A DNA stretch of 64,000 nt from Alphaproteobacteria bacterium (lineage in GTDB: Bacteria > Pseudomonadota > Alphaproteobacteria > Bin95): the NCBI GenBank assembly GCA_963665325.3, contig CAXXWS020000002.1:800001-864000 (forward strand). The letters run 5' to 3'. The first letter of the stretch is position 1, and every line of letters starts with the position of its first letter. The notes below the pieces were generated by a model. It was not told where the DNA came from and ran no database searches. It saw only the letters and a program-made list of their open reading frames with translations. The translations under genes and the position numbers were made by a program. Below are positions 36,662 through 46,492 of the stretch, piece by piece.

Positions 36662-39552
36662 TCGTCCTTCCTCGAAAGATGCCGGTAGTCGTTCCAGGTT
36701 CCGGCGAATTCCGGCCTCGGCTCCGCAAGATAGGGCATGGCCTCCTCGTCGAAGGCGGCAACGAAGCGTCGGAGGCCTTCATCCGTCGCCTCGACGAGCG
36801 CCCCGGCATTGTAGGGCGCGCGCTGCTTGCCCTCGGCGGCCTTTGCCGTCGCAATCACGGTCGGCGCGGGCCGGTCGGACCTGCCGCCGCCGGTGCGCCA
36901 GTATTCGAGCGCAGCGGCGTCACCGGCCGGGCAATCGGGAAAGCCGCCGGCTGCGGCGATCATGGCTTCAATGGGCAACTGCCGCGCCGTTCCCGTGACG
37001 ACAGCTTTTGCCGAGGGCGGATTGCCGGACTTGTAATCGACGATGACGAGCCCGCCGCCGGCCCGCAGTTCCACGCGGTCCGCGCGTGCCGTGAGGATGA
37101 AGGGACCTGCCGGGCCATCGAGCCGTGTCTCGCCCGCGATTTCGGTCAGGATACGCTCGATGCCGGGCCGGCGCTCCGTCTCGACGGTCCAGACGTTCCG
37201 CGCCGCGCGTTCGAACCGTCGGTTCCAGAACGTGTCTGCCAGCGGACGGTCCCGGAACCGGGCGAACGCCTCTTCGCCGATGACGAGCAGACGGTTCCAG
37301 GCCTGGTCCGGCAGGTCCGGTCCCGGATATTCGCGCATGAAGCGCTCCAGCGCCTCGTGGATCGTCGAACCGAACTCGCGCGCCTCCGGGTCGGCGTCGA
37401 TGGGGTCGAGCGGGCGCAAGCCGAGAATCTGCCGAGCGTAGATGCTGTAGGGGTCCTGGAGCCAGGTCACGACGCGGGTGGCGGAAAGCTTGCGGGGGCG
37501 GGCCGCCACGGGCGGGCAGGGCTTCGGCGGGCCGGCCGGCTGCACGCTTTCCGGCCTGTCCAATTCCGCCTGCCAGGCGGCCCAGCGCCGGTCCTCGATA
37601 TCGCGCCCGAGGGCCCGAGCCACGGTTTCCAGCCGTTGCAGCCAGGGGGAGGGCACGGTCGGGTCGGTGCCCACCCGTTCGGAGCGCGTCAGGATGACCT
37701 CCCCCGAGTGGAGCGCCTGGGCGAAGTCGTGCGCCGCCAGACCCTGCCGGGTTTCGGCCGCCGGCAGGCCGAATTGCGCGCGCATTTCGCGGCTCATCCA
37801 CGGGTCGGCCGACGGCTCGGCTGGCCATGCGCCCTGGTTCAGCCCGGCGAGGATCAGGCGGTCGGCGCGCTGCAGCCGCGCTTCCAGAGGACCCAGAATG
37901 GCGAAGGCCGGATGGCGGGTGCGCGGCATGCGCACCGTCTGCCCGGCGGCCAGCTCGTCGAACAGCGCGGCATAGTCGGCGGACTCGACCGACGGCCAGA
38001 CGGCCGCCGCCGCCTCAAGGTCCGCCAACAGCGCCGCCGCCGCTTCTCCGTCGGCGCCGCGCCAGAGGCGGGTTTCGCCCGCGAGGTTCTCGGCCACGCC
38101 GACATGCGCCGCCAGCAGGTCCGCTAGCGGCGCCTCTCGCCGTTGCTGGAGCGCTCGCAGCGGCTCGAAGGCGCGGGCAATCCGGCGCGCCGTCTCCGCA
38201 ACCCGTTCGTCCTCCGAGGCGTCTGCGGCTTTCAGCAGCCCGTCCAGCCCGTTGCCGGGGCGCGGGCCGCGCAGCAGCTTGCGCTCCAGTCTGCGAACCG
38301 CGCGCCGAAACTGCACAGGCTCCACGCCGCAGGCCGCAAGCGGATGCTTGAGCGCGGCGAGCAGTTCTGCGGGAGCGAAATCCGTCGCCGCTGCGTGGGC
38401 GGTGAGGCGCAGGAAAGCGCCTGTGGGTGTCCTGCCGAGCGGTATGCCGGCGCTGTCGTCCGCCATCAGGCCCCAACGGCCGAGTTCCACGGATACCCGC
38501 CGGGCGAGGTCCCGGTCCGGTGTCACGAGGGCGGCGCTCTCGCCGCGTTCCAACGCCTCGCGCAGCATGAGGGCGATGGCGCCGGCTTCTGCGGCGGGAT
38601 TGGCGAAGCGTGCGGCGGTCATCCCTTCCGCGCCTTCGCCGAGTTCCGGCGCGAGGCTCTGCCAGGCTTCGGTCGTCTCCGCCGGCCGCATGGCTTCCGC
38701 GACGAGCAGGCTACGGGGCAGGGGGCAAGGCGCCGGCCAGTCCGGCACCGCGGCGCGCTCCACATCGAGCCGGTCGAGCAGCTGTTTCAGTGCCCATTGC
38801 GGGTGCCCTTGTTCGAGCGCCTCCCAGCCCGTGTCGTCGAGATGGCGGTCGAGGCCCGGCAGCACGACGAGGCCTTGCGGCATGGCGGCGATGCAGGCCA
38901 GCAGGTCCGCCGTTGCCGGCATGATGCCGGTGGAGCCGGCGGCGATGACGCGCCCCGTCGGCGGCGTCTTCCGCCAGAGCGCGATCTGGGCCTCGTAGAG
39001 CCTGTTGCGGCGGTCGATGGGGTCGAGCCGACCCTGCTCCTCCAGGATCGCCGGCCAGGCCTTCGTGACGATGGCGAGAAAGTCCAGTGTCTCCTGCCAG
39101 TGCTCCGCAAACTCCTCCGCCACCAGCGTTTCGAGGCCGCTGAAATCCAGTCGGTTGAATTGCACCTCGTCGATCAGCCGGGCGAGCGCTCCGGCAAGTT
39201 GCAGGGCGCGGTCGGGGGGGATTGCGCCTTCCCGCTGCATGACCAGCCGGGCCAGCAGCAGGCGGCGGTTGAGCGCCGGGATCGCAGGCTTCAGGCTGAG
39301 GTCGTCGGCGAGCCCGGGTTCGGCTTCGGCGCGGATGGCGATTTCGTCGGCGTCCAGCTCCCCGAGGGAGAGGATGCGCGGCAGCAGCAGCGTGTCGCCG
39401 CCCGCCGCATCTGCGAACGCCTCGACGAGCGCGCGCCCGGCGCGGTGCGTCGGCAGGAGCACCGTGTCCTCCGCCAGCGTCGGGCTATCGATCAGCGCGC
39501 CAGCGAGGGTTTCCAAGAAGGATGCGCCGGCGGGGATGGAAACGACATTCAT
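36643..39552 (-). CDS. addB: Double-strand break repair protein AddB
   Basis: LLPTHRA, AAGSTG, LPGLD, ALVTPDR, GPLEARL, DPYSIYAR, RADRVE..IVDYKSG, DYRHLSR. Confidence 0.93.
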   Translation of the reverse strand: MNVVSIPAGASFLETLAGALIDSPTLAEDTVLLPTHRAGRALVEAFADAAGGDTLLLPRILSLGELDADEIAIRAEAEPGLADDLSLKPAIPALNRRLLLARLVMQREGAIPPDRALQLAGALARLIDEVQFNRLDFSGLETLVAEEFAEHWQETLDFLAIVTKAWPAILEEQGRLDPIDRRNRLYEAQIALWRKTPPTGRVIAAGSTGIMPATADLLACIAAMPQGLVVLPGLDRHLDDTGWEALEQGHPQWALKQLLDRLDVERAAVPDWPAPCPLPRSLLVAEAMRPAETTEAWQSLAPELGEGAEGMTAARFANPAAEAGAIALMLREALERGESAALVTPDRDLARRVSVELGRWGLMADDSAGIPLGRTPTGAFLRLTAHAAATDFAPAELLAALKHPLAACGVEPVQFRRAVRRLERKLLRGPRPGNGLDGLLKAADASEDERVAETARRIARAFEPLRALQQRREAPLADLLAAHVGVAENLAGETRLWRGADGEAAAALLADLEAAAAVWPSVESADYAALFDELAAGQTVRMPRTRHPAFAILGPLEARLQRADRLILAGLNQGAWPAEPSADPWMSREMRAQFGLPAAETRQGLAAHDFAQALHSGEVILTRSERVGTDPTVPSPWLQRLETVARALGRDIEDRRWAAWQAELDRPESVQPAGPPKPCPPVAARPRKLSATRVVTWLQDPYSIYARQILGLRPLDPIDADPEAREFGSTIHEALERFMREYPGPDLPDQAWNRLLVIGEEAFARFRDRPLADTFWNRRFERAARNVWTVETERRPGIERILTEIAGETRLDGPAGPFILTARADRVELRAGGGLVIVDYKSGNPPSAKAVVTGTARQLPIEAMIAAAGGFPDCPAGDAAALEYWRTGGGRSDRPAPTVIATAKAAEGKQRAPYNAGALVEATDEGLRRFVAAFDEEAMPYLAEPRPEFAGTWNDYRHLSRKDEWSRRV

Positions 39553-40256
39553 GAGCTTGCAAGCATAGCCTCGGCATGGGCGAGGCGCACCGGCGTGCCG
39601 GCGTCCAGCCAGATGCCCTCGCACACCAGCCCGAAAAGCCGCCCGTCCCCTTCAGCCTTGTCATAGGCGCGCGTCAACCGCCAGGCGCCGGCCGGCGGAT
39701 CGTCGAACAGGCAGGGAGCCAGGATTTGCGCGCCGGTGAAGAGGTAGGCGGCCCTCTCCGGGTCCCGCCGCCGGCAAAGCCGCCCGTCGGAGGCGAGGTG
39801 GAAGTCGCCCGCTCCGTCGTAGCGGACAGCCCGACCGGTCGGGTAGAGCAACAGCAGCGCGTCCATCCGGCGGGGGTCGAACCCGGCAGCAAGCCGCAGA
39901 AGCCATTCGGCGCCGTCCGGCCCCCACACGAGGTCGGAGTTGATGACAAGAAACGGGCCGGCGCCAAGCAGCGCGCGCGCAAGGGCGACGCCACCGCCGG
40001 TCTCCAGCCGCTCCGGCTCGCGGGAGATGCGGATTTGCGGCCGCGTCCGCGCGGCCAGATGGGCCTCGATCTCCTCCGCGCGGTGGTGGGTGTTGACCAC
40101 GGCGCGTGCGACCCCGGCCTTGTCGAGCAGGTCAAGCGCGCGGTCGATCAGCGCCCTGCCGCCCACCTGCCGGAGCGGCTTCGGCGGCCCGTCCCCCAGC
40201 CGCGAGCCGAGCCCTGCGGCCAGCACCATGGCGGTATCCGGCACCGCACCCGTCAT
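39549..40256 (-). CDS. murU: Nucleotidyltransferase, MurNAc-1-phosphate uridylyltransferase-like
   Basis: MVLAAGLGSR..PKPL, VVNTHH, LETGGG, NSD, WLDAGTP; adjacent to amgK-like kinase. Confidence 0.8.
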   Translation of the reverse strand: MTGAVPDTAMVLAAGLGSRLGDGPPKPLRQVGGRALIDRALDLLDKAGVARAVVNTHHRAEEIEAHLAARTRPQIRISREPERLETGGGVALARALLGAGPFLVINSDLVWGPDGAEWLLRLAAGFDPRRMDALLLLYPTGRAVRYDGAGDFHLASDGRLCRRRDPERAAYLFTGAQILAPCLFDDPPAGAWRLTRAYDKAEGDGRLFGLVCEGIWLDAGTPVRLAHAEAMLASS

Positions 40257-41230
40257 TCGGAAACCGGCGGAATGCGGAGATCGGCGGAGACATTGCGGCG
40301 GAACCAGGCCGCCAGCGGCTCCAACGCGGGGTGAGCGAGGTTGCGCTCCAGCATCCGCCGCAGCCGGGGCAAGTGGCGCATATAGCCGGGTTTGCCGTCG
40401 CGCCGCGCAAGGCGCATGAAGGTGCCGAGCACGCGGATATGCCGCTGGGCCCCGAGAACCGCGATGTCGCGGTCCAGCTCCACGGCGCCCGGAAAGGCCG
40501 CGCGGTAGCGCGCCAGGACAGCCTCGCGAACGCTCTCGTCCACATCGCGCCTTGCGTCCTCGATCAGCGAGGCGAGGTCGTAGGCGGCCGGGCCGCGGGC
40601 GGCGTCCTGAAAGTCGAGCAGGCCACAGGCTGCCGTGCCGATCCTCCCGTCCAGCCGGATCAGGTTGTCCACGTGGTAGTCGCGCAGCATCAGGGTCTCG
40701 GGTCCGGCCAGCGCAGGCGCCAGCGCCTGCCGCATGGCCGCACGGAAACTTTCGCGGTCGGGCGCCTCCCTTCCGGCAGCCGGCAGGTACCAGTCCAGGA
40801 AGAGCTCCGCACCGGCCAGGAACCTGTCTTGGCCGAAGGCCGGGCATCCGTCTGCCGCGTCGGGACGGCGTTGCAGGGCGATCAGCGCGTCGGCCGCGAG
40901 CAGGTAGAGCTCTTCCTCGCTTTCGCCGCGTTCCAGCAGCCGGGTAAAGGTGTCGTCGCCGAAATCCTCCAGCAGCAGCAGCCCATGCTCGGAATCGGCC
41001 CGAAAGACCTGCGGCGCGGAAAGATCGAGTTCCCTGAGCCGGGCCGCGACCGCCACGAAAGGCCTCACATCCTCCTCGGGCGGCGGCGCGTCCATCAGCA
41101 TGGCGGTCTCGCCATTTCGCCTGAGCCGGACATAGCGGCGGAAGGAAGCATCGCCCGCCAGGGGCTCGCGCCGGGCGTTGACCCAGCCGGCTTCCGCCAG
41201 AAAGGCCGAGACGACCGCCGACCGGTTCAC
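40253..41230 (-). CDS. amgK: Aminoglycoside-phosphotransferase-fold kinase, AmgK-like
   Basis: LAGDASFRRY, LMDAPP, LLEDFGD, RDYHVDNL, LDFQDA, YDLASL. Confidence 0.82.
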   Translation of the reverse strand: MNRSAVVSAFLAEAGWVNARREPLAGDASFRRYVRLRRNGETAMLMDAPPPEEDVRPFVAVAARLRELDLSAPQVFRADSEHGLLLLEDFGDDTFTRLLERGESEEELYLLAADALIALQRRPDAADGCPAFGQDRFLAGAELFLDWYLPAAGREAPDRESFRAAMRQALAPALAGPETLMLRDYHVDNLIRLDGRIGTAACGLLDFQDAARGPAAYDLASLIEDARRDVDESVREAVLARYRAAFPGAVELDRDIAVLGAQRHIRVLGTFMRLARRDGKPGYMRHLPRLRRMLERNLAHPALEPLAAWFRRNVSADLRIPPVSE

Positions 41231-41667
41231 CGGCGGTCCTCGATCCGCGCCCGCCTCGCCTCTCCGCAGGCGATCTCGAAGGCAATATCCAGCCGCCGGT
41301 CCGGCAGGAAGCCGCCGAGGCGCTCCGGCCACTCGACCAGCGCCATGCCCTCGCCGAGCGCCTGTTCCAGCCCGAGTTCCACCGCTTCCTCGGGCGCGGC
41401 AAGCCGGTAGCAGTCGAAATGCCAGACCGGCGGCGCCGGAAACTCATAGACCTGCACCAGCGTGAAGGTCGGGCTCGGCACGGTTTCGGGCTCGATGCCG
41501 GCGTCCCGCTGGCGGCCCTGGATGAGCGCGCGCGCAAAGGCCGTTTTGCCAACTCCGATACTGCCGATCAGACCCACGGCGTCGCCTGTCCGCAGCGAGG
41601 CCGCGACCCGCCGGGCGAGCCGACCGGTCGCGGCAAGATCGGGTAGATCGACGGCTTCGGGCAGCAT
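41227..41667 (-). CDS. tsaE: tRNA threonylcarbamoyladenosine biosynthesis ATPase
   Basis: GSIGVGKTAFAR, VPSPTFTLVQVY, HFDCYRL, VEWP. Confidence 0.93.
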   Translation of the reverse strand: MLPEAVDLPDLAATGRLARRVAASLRTGDAVGLIGSIGVGKTAFARALIQGRQRDAGIEPETVPSPTFTLVQVYEFPAPPVWHFDCYRLAAPEEAVELGLEQALGEGMALVEWPERLGGFLPDRRLDIAFEIACGEARRARIEDRR

Positions 41668-41744
41668 GGCGGCGGGACTTGATCGGGCGAGATGCGGCTT
41701 CCATGATAGTGGGCGCGGCGGCGCCCTCCAATCCCGGAGCATGT

Positions 41745-42752
41745 ATGGAACACGAGACCGATGCGGTGATCGTCGGAGCGGGACCGGTCGGTCTCTTCGC
41801 CGTGTTCGAGCTCGGCATGCTCCGCATACGCGCCCATGTGGTGGACTCGCTGGAAGCCATCGGCGGCCAGTGCACGGCGCTTTATCCTGAGAAGCCGATC
41901 TACGACATTCCCGGCTTCCCGAGGGTGGACGCCGGTGACCTGATTGAGCGCCTGGAGGAGCAGGCGGCGCCCTTTTCGCCCGTCTATCACCTGGACCAGC
42001 GGGTCGAGGCGCTGACGCCGCTGGAGGACGGCTGGCGGGTCGAAACCGCAAAGGGCACCGCAATTCGCTGCAAGGCGGTCATCGTCGCGGCCGGAGTAGG
42101 CGCGTTCGGCCCCAACCGGCCGCCGCTCGAGGGGCTGGCCGCCTATGAGGGCAGGAGCGTCTTCTATGCCGTCCGCCGGCGCGAGGACTTCCGGGACAAA
42201 CGGGTGGTGATCGGCGGCGGCGGCGACAGCGCGGTGGACTGGGCGCTCTCGCTCTCGGATGTCGCGGCCTCGGTTGCGGTGGTCCACCGGCGCCCCAAAT
42301 TCCGCGCCGCGCCGGAAAGCGTCGCGCGCATGAAGGCGCTGGAGGCGGAAGGCAAGTTGGAATGCGTGATCCCGTACCATCTGGACGGGCTGGAAGGCGC
42401 GGACGGCCGGCTCGAGGCGGTGCATGTGAAGACGCTGAAGGGCGAGATGCGCCGGCTCGAAGCCGATGTGTTGCTGCCCTTCTACGGCCTCGCCATGAAT
42501 CTGGGGCCCATCGCCGAATGGGGTCTCGGCCTGGACCGCAACCATATCGCCATCGACCCCTCGACCTCGATGACCGACCGCGACGGCATCTACGCCATCG
42601 GCGATATTGCCACCTACAAGGGCAAGCTGAAGCTGATCCTGACCGGTTTCGCCGAGGCGGCGGCGGCGGCCCATGACATCCATCCTCGCGTCTTCCCGGA
42701 CGAGGTGCTTCATTGGGAATACTCGACGACGAAGGGCATACCCGAGCCATGA
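41745..42752 (+). CDS. Thioredoxin-reductase-type ferredoxin--NADP+ reductase
   Basis: GAGPVG, GGQCTALYPEKPIYDIPG, GGGDSAVDWA, GKLKLILTGF; no CxxC. Confidence 0.9.
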   Translation: MEHETDAVIVGAGPVGLFAVFELGMLRIRAHVVDSLEAIGGQCTALYPEKPIYDIPGFPRVDAGDLIERLEEQAAPFSPVYHLDQRVEALTPLEDGWRVETAKGTAIRCKAVIVAAGVGAFGPNRPPLEGLAAYEGRSVFYAVRRREDFRDKRVVIGGGGDSAVDWALSLSDVAASVAVVHRRPKFRAAPESVARMKALEAEGKLECVIPYHLDGLEGADGRLEAVHVKTLKGEMRRLEADVLLPFYGLAMNLGPIAEWGLGLDRNHIAIDPSTSMTDRDGIYAIGDIATYKGKLKLILTGFAEAAAAAHDIHPRVFPDEVLHWEYSTTKGIPEP

Positions 42753-43645
42753 CCCGTCCGCCCGTGCCGATAATCCCGACCTGCACGCTGCCGGGCGTGC
42801 TGACCATGCTCGGACCGACCGGCCCGGTGCGGCCGCTGCTGCTCGATTCGCCCCATAGCGGCACCGAATACCCGGCCGATTTCGATGCCGCGGTGGACCG
42901 CGACACTCTGCTCGACGCCGTGGACACGGCCGTGGACGACCTGTTCGGCGCGGGGCCGGAGCTGGGCGCGGCGCTGCTCAAGGCGCATTTCCCGCGCACC
43001 TATATCGACCCCAACCGCGCGGCAGACGATCTCGACGCCCGCATTCTCGACGGCTGCTGGCCCGGCCCGCTCTCGCCGACAGAGAAGACCCGGCGGGGCA
43101 ACGGGCTGATCCGGTGCACCATCGGTGACGACGACCGGGCGCTTTACGAGCGCCGGCTCGGCGTCGAGGAGGTGCAGGAGCGAATCCGCCGCTATCACGC
43201 GCCTTACCACCGCGCGCTCGGCGAGGCGCAGGACCGGCTGATGGAGCGGTTCGGCGCGGTCTATCACCTGAACTGCCATTCCATGGGCTCGCGCAGCCGC
43301 GAGGACATGACCCGGCGGCCGGACATCGTGCTCGGCGACCGCGACGGCACCACCTGCGAGGCGGAGTTCACGGTACTCGCCGCCGAGGTGCTGTGCGGCC
43401 TCGGCTACCAGGTGCGGACCAACCACATCTTCAAGGGCGTGGAGCTGGTCCGCGCCTTCTCCGCTCCGGGCGCCGGTCGCCACTGCCTCCAGATCGAGAT
43501 CAATAAGGACCTCTATATCGACGAAGCGACGCGGCGCCTCAGGCCGGATTTCGCGTCGGTGCAGGCCGATCTCGCGCAACTGATAGACCGGCTGGCCGCC
43601 TTCGCCGAAGAGCGCGCAGTCGAAGCGGGGAGGGACGTAGCATGA
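42749..43645 (+). CDS. N-formylglutamate amidohydrolase family protein
   Basis: DSPHSG, PRTYIDPNR, YHAPYH, NCHSM, DIVLGDRDG, QIEIN. Confidence 0.88.
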   Translation: MTRPPVPIIPTCTLPGVLTMLGPTGPVRPLLLDSPHSGTEYPADFDAAVDRDTLLDAVDTAVDDLFGAGPELGAALLKAHFPRTYIDPNRAADDLDARILDGCWPGPLSPTEKTRRGNGLIRCTIGDDDRALYERRLGVEEVQERIRRYHAPYHRALGEAQDRLMERFGAVYHLNCHSMGSRSREDMTRRPDIVLGDRDGTTCEAEFTVLAAEVLCGLGYQVRTNHIFKGVELVRAFSAPGAGRHCLQIEINKDLYIDEATRRLRPDFASVQADLAQLIDRLAAFAEERAVEAGRDVA

Positions 43646-46068
43646 AGACCCATGCCGAGGTCGTCATTATCGGCGGCGGGGTAATCGGAGCGTCGGTGCT
43701 CTATCACCTGACGAAGCGCGGCTGGAAGGATGTCGTGCTGGTTGAGCGCGACGAGCTGACTTCCGGGTCGAGCTGGCACGCCGCGGGCGGCATGCACACC
43801 ATCAACGGCGACCCCAATGTCTCCATGCTGCAGAAATACACCATCGACCTCTACCCGGAGATCGAGGCGGCATCGGAGCAGTCTGTGGGCCTGCATATGT
43901 CGGGCGGCTACATGCTGGCCGGCACGCCGGAGCGCCTGGAATGGCTGAAGCTGGCGCATGCCCGCGGGCGCTATCTCGGCCTGGATACCGAACTGGTCTC
44001 CGCCGAGGAGGCCCATGCGCATATGCCGCTGCTCGATCCCCGGCAATTCGTCGGCGCGCTCTGGAATCCCAGCGACGGCCATGTCGACCCCTCCGGTGCG
44101 ACCCATGCCTACGCCGCGGCGGCGCGCAAGCAGGGGGCGGAAATCTACCGCTTCACGAAGGTCGAGGCGCTGGCGCCCCTGGCCGGCGGCGGCTGGCTGG
44201 TGACGACCGACAAGGGGGAAATCCGCGCAGAGCATGTCGTCAATGCGGGCGGGCTCTGGGCACGGGAGGTCGGCCGCATGGTCGGCCTCGAACTGCCGAT
44301 CCTGGCTATGGAGCACATGTATCTCGTCACCGACGACATGCCGGAGGTGGAGGCCTTCAACCGCGAGACGGGCCGCGAGATGCTGCATGTCGTGGACTTC
44401 GAGGGCGAGATCTATTTGCGCCAGGAAGGACGCGGCATGCTGATGGGCACCTATGAGGCGGCCTGCAAGCCGTGGTCGCCGGTGGATACGCCCTGGGATT
44501 TCGGCCACGAGCTGCTTCAGCCGGACCTCGACCGCATCGCGCCGTCGCTCGAAGTCGGTTTCCAGCATTTCCCGGCTTTCCAGGAAGCCGGCATCAAGCG
44601 GGTCATCAACGGGCCGTTCTGCTTTGCGCCGGACGGCAATCCGCTGGTCGGGCCGGTGCGCGGCCTGCCGGACTTCTGGTGCGCCTGCGCCGTGATGGCG
44701 GGCTTCAGCCAGGGCGGCGGCGTCGGCCTCGCGCTCGCCAACTGGATCGTCGATGGCGATCCCGGTTTCGATATCCACGCGATGGACGTGGCCCGGTTCG
44801 GCGCCTGGGCGACGCCCGCTTATACCGACGCCAAGGTCCGCGAGAACTATTCCCGCCGCTTCTCGATCCGCTTCCCGAACGAGGAACTGCCGGCGGCGCG
44901 GCCACTCCGCACGACGCCGGCGCATGACCGGCTGGCGGGCATGGGCGCGGTGTTCGGCGATGCCTGGGGGCTGGAGCAGCCGCTCTGGTTTGCCCCGCCC
45001 GGCGTGGAGGACCGGTTCTCCTTCCACCGCTCGACCGATTTCGAGCATGTCGGCGCGGAATGCCGGGCGGTACGCGAGGGCGTCGGCGTCGCGGAGACCA
45101 GCGGCTTCGCCGCATACGATGTGACCGGGCCGGGCGCGGAAGCCTGGCTCGACCGGATCCTGGCAAGCCGCCTGCCGCGCGAAGGGCGCATGGGCCTGGC
45201 GCCCATGCTGAACGAGGCCGGCAAGCTGATCGGCGACTTCACGCTCTCCAATCTCGGCGGCGGGCTCTGGCGGCTGGTCGGTTCGGGCCCGGCCGAGGAG
45301 TACCATATGCGCTGGTTCGACCGGTATCTGCCGGCGGACGGCTCGGTCGTGCTCGCGCCGCTCGGCGCCGCGCTTACCGGGCTTACGATAGCCGGGCCGA
45401 AAGCGCGCGACGTGCTGGCGGCCCTGGTGCGCGAGGATGTCTCGACTGAGGCGTTCCGCTTCATGGACGTGCGCCGGATGACGCTTGGCGCGGTGCCGGC
45501 CCTGGTCGGCCGGGTGAGCTATACGGGCGGGCTCGGCTACGAAATCTGGGTTACGCCGGATTACCACCGCCCCTTGCTGGACCTGCTGCTGGGGGCGGGA
45601 GAGGTGCACGGTATCCGGCCGTTCGGAAGCCGGGCGCTCAACGGGCTTCGCGTCGAGAAGCAATACGGCTCCTGGGCCAGGGACTACCGGCCCCTCTACG
45701 GCCCGATAGAGGCGCGGTTGGACCGCTTTGTGGCGTACGGCAAGACGGCGGACTTCATCGGCAAGACGGCGGCGATCCGGGAGCGGGACTCGGGCGGGGC
45801 CGTCCGGCTCTGCTTCTTTTCTGTGGACGCGGACGATGCCGACGCCATGGGCGACGAGCCGATCTGGCGCGGCGGCGAGGTCGTTGGCGCCATCACTTCC
45901 GGCGGCTACGCCCACTGGTCCGGCGTCTCCGTGGCCTGCGGTTATGTGCCGAAGGAGTTGGCGGTCGAAGACGACGGCTGGGAAATCGAGCTCCTCGGCG
46001 ACCGCCGCCCCGCCCGCCTGCAGCGGGTGCCGCTCTTCGACCCGAACGGAGCGGCGATGCGGGGATAG
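43642..46068 (+). CDS. GcvT-family FAD-dependent amine dehydrogenase (dimethylglycine dehydrogenase-like)
   Basis: IGGGVIG, SGSSWHAAG, INGPFCFAPDGNPLVGP, C-terminal GcvT domain (RVSYTG.LGYE, TSGGY). Confidence 0.9.
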   Translation: MKTHAEVVIIGGGVIGASVLYHLTKRGWKDVVLVERDELTSGSSWHAAGGMHTINGDPNVSMLQKYTIDLYPEIEAASEQSVGLHMSGGYMLAGTPERLEWLKLAHARGRYLGLDTELVSAEEAHAHMPLLDPRQFVGALWNPSDGHVDPSGATHAYAAAARKQGAEIYRFTKVEALAPLAGGGWLVTTDKGEIRAEHVVNAGGLWAREVGRMVGLELPILAMEHMYLVTDDMPEVEAFNRETGREMLHVVDFEGEIYLRQEGRGMLMGTYEAACKPWSPVDTPWDFGHELLQPDLDRIAPSLEVGFQHFPAFQEAGIKRVINGPFCFAPDGNPLVGPVRGLPDFWCACAVMAGFSQGGGVGLALANWIVDGDPGFDIHAMDVARFGAWATPAYTDAKVRENYSRRFSIRFPNEELPAARPLRTTPAHDRLAGMGAVFGDAWGLEQPLWFAPPGVEDRFSFHRSTDFEHVGAECRAVREGVGVAETSGFAAYDVTGPGAEAWLDRILASRLPREGRMGLAPMLNEAGKLIGDFTLSNLGGGLWRLVGSGPAEEYHMRWFDRYLPADGSVVLAPLGAALTGLTIAGPKARDVLAALVREDVSTEAFRFMDVRRMTLGAVPALVGRVSYTGGLGYEIWVTPDYHRPLLDLLLGAGEVHGIRPFGSRALNGLRVEKQYGSWARDYRPLYGPIEARLDRFVAYGKTADFIGKTAAIRERDSGGAVRLCFFSVDADDADAMGDEPIWRGGEVVGAITSGGYAHWSGVSVACGYVPKELAVEDDGWEIELLGDRRPARLQRVPLFDPNGAAMRG

Positions 46069-46135
46069 TTTCGGGGGAAGCGCAGCTTTTCTGCCCCTCA
46101 TCTTGTGCGGGCCGAGGCCGCTGTATCGCGCCCCG

Positions 46136-46480
46136 TCAGGCGGCGCGCATCAGGTCCACTTCCATGCGGACGCCGTCATAGGGGAAGTTCATGCGCCCGC
46201 CCTCGCCCCGGTCGAGAAGGCCGGCACCGACGAGCGCGGCCATGTCGCGGTGCACGGCCTTCACGTCCCGGCCCACCCGCCGCGCGACTTCGCGCACGGG
46301 CAGGGGCCCCGCACCGGCCATCGCGCGCAGGATCGACAGGCGCTTCGGCGCGCATATCCGGTGGAGCAGGTCGATGGAGGCGAAGGCGATGCGCGGCGCC
46401 GTCCGCCGGCCCGCTAGAGCCGCGTCCATCCGCGCGACTTCGTCCCTCGGCGTTACCGTCAGGGTTACTGTCCGCGCCAT
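46136..46480 (-). CDS. HVO_A0114-like winged-HTH DNA-binding protein (predicted antitoxin type)
   Basis: IAFAS.DLL...APKRLSILRAM, VREVARRVGRDVKAVHRDMAAL, FPYD. Confidence 0.7.
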   Translation of the reverse strand: MARTVTLTVTPRDEVARMDAALAGRRTAPRIAFASIDLLHRICAPKRLSILRAMAGAGPLPVREVARRVGRDVKAVHRDMAALVGAGLLDRGEGGRMNFPYDGVRMEVDLMRAA

Positions 46481-46492
46481 TCCGCTTACAGG

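Noticed and set aside
43513-46101. Very long antisense/alternate-frame ORFs (862 aa here; also 34298-36688, 46775-48889, 47484-49526 and many others)
   Set aside because: Shadow ORFs expected in high-GC coding DNA; they overlap well-supported genes and have no recognisable motifs.
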